Positions 56,220 through 64,000 of a DNA stretch of 64,000 nucleotides are shown piece after piece. A program made the position numbers and the translations under genes. The DNA comes from Cladosporium halotolerans. Taxonomy: Eukaryota. How positions within the stretch are numbered: the stretch's first letter is position 1; every line of letters begins with the position of its first letter. The stretch is taken from contig NW_027191455.1 in the NCBI RefSeq assembly GCF_011745625.1, forward strand, positions 62,001 to 126,000. Direction: 5' to 3'. The notes beneath the pieces were generated by a model. The model did no database searches. It was not told the origin of the DNA and saw only the letters and a list, made by a program, of their open reading frames with translations.

Positions 56220-58552
56220 TCAATTCATCTTGGGCGCAGTGTTCGGGTTCGCAGGCTGGTCCGCAACAACGCTGTTGTGCCTGGTCTCTGGCTCCTCATC
56301 AAATTCATAGAGAGGCGCGATTGGCATCATGTCGCGGCGCAAGATATACTTGCCAGCATACCACGGGAGCTTCTCGGTATAGTACTTGGCGTGGGGACGG
56401 TTGCCGACGTTGAAGACCGTGTCCAATTCCTCGAGCGTGAGCGCCTTCGTCTCTGGCAAAAGGAAGTAGCAGTAAACCGTGCCGAATAAGTTCCAGCAGG
56501 CATACCAGCAGAAAGCACCAGTCGGGGTAAAAGCCGTGCGCAGTGCGGGCCAGCTAAAAGCGATGATGAAGTTGAAGCCCCAGCAGGTGGCTGTCGCGAA
56601 AGACATGCCAACATCGCGAATGTAAAGGGGAAACGCCTCGGCGGAGTAGGTGAATGGCACGGGACCTTCACTCGGTGAGTAGATCGCCATGAAGCAAAAG
56701 ATGGCTGCTGCCACGGAACCGAGCTGGGAGGCGGGAACGTTCTCTTGAACGCCGTCCGCATTCAACGGTCCTCCGATCAAGAAGCTGAATCCACCCCAGA
56801 AGAGACAGACGGCCATGAGGGGGAAACCGACAAGGAGAAGGTTTCGTCGGCCGAAAGTGTCGATCGTGTAAATACTAGCAAGAAGTCAGTGATCATTCGG
56901 TATCTCATCGTCGCCCACAACCAGCTTTTCTCTGGGAAACTCACGCAGGGATAGCGAACAACCAGTTGACAATACCAGTGCCGAGAGAGACAAGAAGCGC
57001 GTTGGACAAGGAGAAACCTGCATCTTGGAAGATCTGAGTGCTGTAGTATGCAATGACGTTGACACCACAGAACTAATTCAAGTCAGCGCCGCCGATTTAA
57101 AACACGGAGAAAGGCGGCTTACCTGTTGCATAAACATGACGAAGAACGAGCTTTGGGCTGCACGGCGGTTGCGTTTGACCGTGAAGAACTCTTTCCACAG
57201 AGACTTGCCCTCACGCTCGCCCGCCTCGACATCAAGAAGTTTGGCGGCATAGTACATATCGCGAGCGGCCTGAATGTCGTGGGACCGGAGTCGGCTGCAA
57301 GCGTGGAACGCCTTGTCCCACTTGCCCTTCTCCATGTACCTGCGCATAAGAGTTAGCTTAGCAAAGCAACATGATTGGGTTAGTAGGGTTAGTGTTAGTG
57401 TTACGGGGACCAGGGTAAGGGTAAGGGTATGAGTTAGGGTTAGGGTTAGCGTACCATCTCGGGCTTTCTGGGCAGAAGTATACTTGGAGCATGACGATCA
57501 ATGGCGGGATCGAAGTTGATGCCAACATCCAACGCCATTGCGTATTCTCGCCGAGTATGGTAGTATTCTGGAATGCAACGGAGGCAACAAAGCCGAGCAT
57601 GATTCCAAAAGCCGTCCACATTTGCCACATCATGGTCAGTGCGCCTCGGATATTCTTCGGCGCAGACTCGGCGGCGTATACCGGAGTGGTACTTGATTTC
57701 GCGCCGACTGCGAATCCAAGAGCGAATCGGGCGATGAGCAGGTTTACCCAGTTGTTGGCAGCGCCCATCCAGATACCGGTGACGAAGGAGATGAAGCAAG
57801 AGATGAAGATGGTTCCGCGGCGACCGAAAAATTTCTGTCAAGGTCAGGCGATTAGCAATTGAACTTTCGCATTTGCCGACGGAGTGATGTCTGCGATAAG
57901 TGATGTCTGAGTGAGGTGATGTTTGAGATACTTACATTCAGAGGTGCATTGCTCCAGCATCCGAGTAACGCAGAACACAGGTACGGTGCGCCGTTGATGA
58001 GACCCTGCAGCAACTCGTTCTCAGGACCTTCCAGGTTGAACTCTCTGAAGTAGTACAGCTATGAAAAGAGTCAGTCCGTCGAATCGTAGGGTACCCGCTT
58101 TTGGAGACACGTACCTGTGCGCCATTGACAGCTGTCTGATCCATTCCCTGGACGATAGCCGAGCCAGCGCATAGGACAACCAGGAAATAAAGCATGAAAG
58201 GCTGACTCCAGCGGTGTTGATCTTCGTGTCGCAACCAGCCCTTCTCTTCTTCAGACAGGATGGAGATCCTCTCATATCCTTGCGGTCGGTTTTGCACGCG
58301 AGCCATCAGGGCGCCCTTGTGGAAGGCGTCGCGCTTGTCGGACAGACCGCGGGCATCGACGAAAGCGTCAACATCCCTGAGTACCTCGTCGTCGGTCATT
58401 CCAATCAGCGGGTTTCGAAGCTTGGCGGCGACGCTGGCGCGCCTGGTAGGCTGGTGCTCGTCGTGGGTGACATCTTCGCTGGAGTTCCCGGTTGCGGGCG
58501 AGGGACGCTTCTCCTCGTAGACGGCCTCTTCGTCAACCTTGGGAGCAGGCAT
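56220..58552 (-). CDS. MFS sugar porter family transporter (polyol/inositol-like), about 6 exons
   Basis: VQGMDQTAVNGAQ, YAAESAPKNIRGAL, PESPRWY, IDTFGRRNLLL, YSAEAFPLYIRDVG and PETKALTLEELD; five introns, including 57340-57454. Confidence 0.9.
57377..57449 (+). repeat. Degenerate TTAGGG-like tract inside a sugar-transporter intron
   Basis: Sequence gggttagtagggttagtgttagtgtta...agggtaagggtaagggtatgagttagggttagggttag. Confidence 0.65.
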
Positions 58553-59344
58553 GTTTGCGGTTGTTCAAGCTAGGGAGGCCAAGGCAAAACGCCGATTATG
58601 AAGCGGGAGGAGGGGAAGATCATTGAATCAGGGAACGATGAGCCTGCACTCTTATACCGTTCCTCTCACCCACAACTCACCCGCCTTCCAAGCCCATGGG
58701 GTCCTGTCCACACTCTCCAGCTCGGTGGCATGGCACATGTGGATAACTATTGGCAGACGTCAAATGAGAGCGACATCTGCGACGACCAAGGCCGCGCGAT
58801 CACCTTTTCGGGGCGGCAACACGTGCACTAAAGGCTCAGCGCCATGGCAGATGGCGTGGCGTTGGAAAGCAAAGCTGGGCGAAGAGGCATAAGACTTGGC
58901 GAAGTCGGTGTCCGGGACGCCACGCAGCTGCAGAGCGGTCCGTGGCATTGCTTGAAGTGCGGTTGGGGCGCCGACTCGAAGGGCTGCGGCCGGCGTGCCA
59001 TGGGGCGCCGCAAAACCCTTGGCCGATGACGTGTGGGGAAAATCCGCGGAGCAAGCGACCGCAGGCAAACTCTCATGTGATACTTCGACGAGGGAGAACG
59101 CCTGGCGAAGGATTCCTCCAAGCCTTGTGGTACTTCTTGGAATAAGTCAGCGGCTGAATGAGACCGATGCGGTGTGTGGTTCATTTTGGTCCAGGTGGGA
59201 GGTATTAGATGTCGGCGACCCCGGTCGTAGTATTCGCAGCCAGCACGGCAAGACGGACCACATTATTGAACCCCAGCCAAGACAGGAGCACGTGTCGCAC
59301 GCGCTAAGAAGGCCGGTGGGACTGGTGTAGACGACCTGCTGGGT

Positions 59345-59370
59345 GTCAGTAGTCAGTAGTCAGTAGTCAG
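59345..59370. repeat. (GTCAGTA)n short tandem repeat, about 3.7 copies
   Basis: Sequence gtcagtagtcagtagtcagtagtcag. Confidence 0.8.
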
Positions 59371-60171
59371 CCGTCTCCTCCACTTCCTCCGTTGCCAACA
59401 TGTGGAACCGTTGACAACCTGCGTCCAGAATCTCCACTGGCACTCGCGCTAGCAGTACGAATACCGATCGCCGAGATGCCTCCACGTGCCGGATCCCTGT
59501 GTATTTTGCATCGATGCCGTCGAGTTGGTGTTCAGCATGAAGGTCCGTTCGCTTTAAGGGCTCGTTGCTCTTTCAGCTCGATATCGCGTGTCGGCAGGTC
59601 GTGGCTTGTCTGAAGATAAGAGGTTGCTTGGTGTTTCTATGTTTCTGCGGAAAGAAAAAAGGTACACACACCCCGCAATGTGCTTTCACTGACCTCGCAA
59701 TAGTCGCCTGGCTGTTGCCTAGCCACTACAGTAGTGGTCGTGAGTGAATGAATACATAATCACATCACGACCCCTCACACTCCCCTGACTAACGTTCCTG
59801 CGATTTTCGTCAAAGCCGTACATCCGCTTTCACTTCGGAATGCCATGATGGTGGGTCTTCCACTCATCTAGACTTCCAACTAGATGCGGCCCACCGCTGG
59901 TGGGTCCCTGCCAATGCTGTCTATCGCATCGGGGCTCCCGATGATCTGCTAGTGCTCGGTTGTGTTTGCTTACTCCTAAGCTTGTATGAAACGAATCCCA
60001 GTTCGCTTGGTAAGTACTTGCGCGTCGACTGTGACAGAACAATCCCGACGCCTTGGCAAAGTCTCAGATTTTTTCCTGACAGGCGGGAGCGTTCAACAAA
60101 GGTATGCAATGCTGTGATTGACGTTTCTTGCGAAGCCGGCCCTAAGCGAGGTCCCTTAGACTCGCTCTCAT

Positions 60172-61529
60172 TCACTCAGCAAGTGGCGTCTGGATCATTG
60201 GTGTTGGGCCGCGACTGCCAACCGATAGCCATTCGTCTTGCACTCCGCCTGTGGTCTCGATCGCTGCCGCGCCGAACTTCATGCCAGCGTTGTCTGAAGC
60301 GATTTCTTCCTCGCACCAGCTCATGTATTCTGCTAAACGGCCGTTCAGCGCCAATCGTATGCCATCGTATGCGAGCTTGCCCCAATCAGAGATGTACCAG
60401 GTCTCTCGGAGCATCAAGGTGGCCACGCAGAAGTGCGCCGTGATGACTAGAGCAGGCGGGAACTCTGACTGCACCATCTTGATGAAGTCGTAGGATAGCA
60501 TGGCCGTCCAGCGCCATATCTGGCCCATCTCAAGACTTCCAGACGCGTATGTGTAGATTATCGTCTCGAAGACATCGCGCAGGTGTCTCAGTGCCTCTGA
60601 GCACTGTTTGCGCTGATCCGGCTCCGGGCAGTTGATAAGGATCATTTTATCCAGCTCCCGAAACATGGCAAACATGCTCGCGGACATCGTCACTTGGATA
60701 TCGGCTGATAGTGCGTGCCCATAGAGTACGACAGAGAAGGGGCCGCGGCTTACGACACTCCCCGTAGCCTCTTTCACTTCCCGTACGCCCCTCGTCAAGT
60801 ACAGCAATTCGCATATACTGTCGACGCTAATGTATTGCTGTCCTTCCATCTGTGAGGCCTTCAGAGTCGCTCTGGTCATCGAGGATATGGAGAGTATAGT
60901 CGCCAAAGCAAACAAAGCATTGGCTACTTCGTCCGTGATATGGGTCAGGATGTGCCGGTAAGACGCCAACGCGGAAGCCTGGTGTTTGTCGCACAACGCG
61001 GCATACTTGGCCACCTCTTGAGGATTGGTGCACGCAAGGTGTAGAGCCGAAAGTGCAAGTACGCCGTGCATCAAGAAAGTGTGTCTGGCAGCTTCGAGTG
61101 GTATGTGTTCTTGCCAGACGTGCTGTAACCTAATGTTGTTTCCCAGCTTAGTCCGACTGGTCCTATGGCTGTAGTGATGCATCAGCTCAAGGTCTTGCAG
61201 CCATTCTTGAGTATCCGTGGAGCTGGTGCTCTCACTAGGCCCCTACGGCTATGCGTCAGATATTTGGGGTGCTTCTGCGTGAGACATCGCAAGACTTACA
61301 CTTGGGGAAGCTGGATATAGCAGGCTGCATTGTTCGGCTCTCCTCACGCAATTGGAACACGGAGCGTTTTCGTTACACTATAGGACGGCAGGTTTCAGTC
61401 TTTACGTTCATGTAGAAACTCTAAGTCGAAAAGGGAAGGAATCTAATCCACATAACTACCAACCTTGACCCTCCGTTTCTTACACTGAGCACAACCTTTG
61501 CGGGACTTCTTAGATCCAAGTTGTGTCAT
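60172..61529 (-). CDS. Zn2Cys6 transcription factor, Upc2/Ecm22-like
   Basis: KKSRKGCAQCKKRRVK|CNENAPCSNCVRRAEQC across an intron near 61378-61463, second intron near 61243-61299, then DLELMHHY and FLMHGVLALSALHL. Confidence 0.85.
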
Positions 61530-62160
61530 CCTATCTCCAGCTGCACGGATAGAAGCTCTAACCAGTGAGAGCCGTAGTCTGTAGTCGGAACTGTTCGATG
61601 CGATGGCACAGTAATGAATCTGCGTGACTTTGTGACCTGTTGCCTGATCGTGCCCGTGCGAGGTGAGAGAACTGGATTCGGCAGAACGAATGAGCGCGCG
61701 AAAAGGTTATAACCGCTAGATAATACACGCAGAGAGTACGCTGCTTGAGGGTATATGAAGACTCGGTATCAATTGCTGTTATATAACGCAGAGTTGTTGA
61801 CTTGGAAGTCCCATCTCACATCGGCTGAATGCAACCAAGTTCAGAAGCTTCGGCTCGCACGGACTCCTGACATAGGGTTCAATACGCTGTGTACGGGACG
61901 ATTGTCTCGTTCGATGCAGCAAATTTATTCATGGTAATTTTGATAAGAGCAGAATTTTGAGCGAATGCATATGCCGGCGATTGAAATCGTCCTTAGACTT
62001 CTTTTGTCGTTGCATCAGTGAACTGCATGACCTCTATCAGCTATATAAGACCTATCTAACACCAGAACGCCGTGCATCTACTACCAAACTGCATCCAAAT
62101 ATGTCGACTCGCGTCAAAACACCGCCTGCAAGCCCGACTATCTCATGATTCACAGAACCT

Positions 62161-63196
62161 CTAAGCGGGACTGTACGAACCAACCCCCAGGCGATCCACG
62201 TCTTCCAATTTCCAAGCCTTTGTGAAAGCCTTGCCGCCGCGCAGATAGGCGCCAACCTCACTGGGGTGGACCCAGTTCATGATGACCACCGCAAGCCACA
62301 TGACTAGCGCGTCGAAGATGTATAGGAAAGCCTCGCGTGCCATGATGTAGCCGTCGTTGCCCTGCGCGTACTCGACAACTCTCACAATGGATCGGATGAA
62401 GATGAGAATACTGACGATGTACAAGGACACCATGTGCTTCTTACAGGGAGTGCTGTGGCATTTGACGGTCGGCATCTTGTTGATGCTGGTGTGGAAGATT
62501 GCGGCGGCAATCACGAAAAGGCCGAAAAAGATGACTTGGAGGACCAGACCAGCGATGATGATTGTGTTACCGGTGTCGGAAGAGTCAGCGCTGTCGGCAG
62601 TCGCGAGGAGGCCAGCACCTATGCAGAATCGTTAATGGTGGTCACAGATGCTAGAAGGTAATGATATCCGACCTACCAGAAGACTGCATCAAGAAAGACA
62701 AAACGTCGCCAGAAACGAAAATCTTCGTCAACCAAGTGCGACGAATGAATAACGCACGCTCTCCTTCGACCATGAGCACAATCCTGCCCAACTCCATGTA
62801 GATGCTGGCAGCAAATAGCGCTGGTGCGACGAGCAACAGCACGCTCTGGATGATGTACGGGTTCAGGGTGTAGGGTCCAGGGTTCTCGTTCGCAGACATT
62901 CCACGACCGATGTATCCAATCGTTTCAACTGCAAGCTGTCAGTGAATTGCTTGTCTTAGAATGAAAGAAGTGCTAGCTGATTTCATGGACTTACAAAGAC
63001 ATCCGATGAGGAATGGTATCATGAACCATGTCCGAGTTGCGCTCATTTGCACTGCGTGTAGAATGGTAGAGAGGCCGAATAGAATGACGAAAATAACCGC
63101 CGCCGCCATTGAAGGCTCATAGTGGTAGAAAACAAAACCGCCATGAGGATCTTCTGTCGAGTCCTGGCGCGCAAGGAGCGTATTGAGCGCGTCCAT
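62161..63196 (-). CDS. RTA1-like lipid-translocating exporter
   Basis: FYHYEPSMAAAVIF, IQSVLLLVAPALFAASIYMELGRI, TKIFVSGDVLSFLMQ and IRSIVRVVEYAQG..GYI...EAFLYIFDA; introns near 62929-62994 and 62618-62677. Confidence 0.9.
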
Positions 63197-64000
63197 AATC
63201 CCGACTCCCTATACGAATACTGGTATGGCTTTGGAGTGCGCTAGGCCAACAGTCGACCGCTCGGGATGTCGATGAGGTGGAGAACGAAAACAAGTTGATG
63301 AGAGAGGAACAGCACCTGGTTACAAACGCAAGCAGTGGAGAATGGTTGATGAAAACATTGGAGATACCTGCCTTCTATATGAGCAACGTGTGCCGCTGCT
63401 GACGCGTGAGCGCCACGATCCATGCTGCGGCCAGTTTGATGTTGTTTGAATGCGAGGCCGAGCCCGAAGCAGCGCGAGGAGGGATTTCGCTGAAAGTGGA
63501 GCCTCGCATTCAAGCCCGAGGGCCCTTCAGGGCTTCGCGAAGCCTGCATGTGTCCGTGCTTTCACTTTGTCGGTATCGCTACCCGCGATGATTGGTTCGG
63601 TATCGGACCTTCGAAGACCCGCTATCTGCGTTGTGGATGGGCTCAATTGCAATTTGAGGCTTTGGCAAATGCATTGCTGTGCATGAATGCGTGAGGAACC
63701 TACCAGTTAGGACGCCAGCACAAGGAGCGGAAATGTGCTTCTACAGCAGCGATCAGCAACAAAATTCACAAATAGGACTGTTCACCTGCGCTGGCTAGGA
63801 TGCGGCGTGCCACTTTGGATTAAGATCAATGCTTCTTCCGCAATAGAAGTATTATGTCGTTTCCCATGGGAAGTCTGAACTTTCCGCGAATGATAGGAAT
63901 GCTATCAGCGGTCATCATGCGGTTGTTCCTCGATTCTCCGCCGCGCTGGAGCGGGGCGTACGATATTACACTAATCAAAGCTGATCTTCTTACCCGTGAA

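Noticed and set aside
52373..57449. TTAGGG tracts as a true telomere or chromosome fusion point
   Set aside because: They are short, degenerate, in the same orientation and embedded among housekeeping genes with no subtelomeric features.

Overview
Gene-dense, intron-containing nuclear DNA from a filamentous ascomycete (GT-AG introns with CTRAC branch points; probably a Dothideomycete, which is an inference). It holds about 26 protein-coding loci, including UBC7, MCM5, VPS54, CYK3, SPE2, COG2, FMN1, acuK/ERT1, PRE9, three MFS transporters, two FAD oxidoreductases, an Upc2-like transcription factor and an RTA1-like gene. No rRNA, tRNA, CRISPR array or intact transposon was recognised. The standout observation is at 33017-34568: two head-to-head genes, 274 bp apart, appear to encode the N-terminal and C-terminal halves of the normally mitochondrion-encoded ribosomal protein Rps3 (uS3m). 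This suggests organelle-to-nucleus transfer plus gene fission under a shared bidirectional promoter that carries a central inverted repeat. Second, SPE2 has an AUG-free upstream region of about 885 nt containing a candidate near-cognate uORF ending in Pro-Pro-stop. Also present are a 2OG-Fe(II) oxygenase pseudogene, a tandem pair of unrecognised Cys/His + coiled-coil paralogs, a 14-intron MFS gene with microexons, and interstitial TTAGGG tracts. All family calls come from motif recognition by eye, not database searches.
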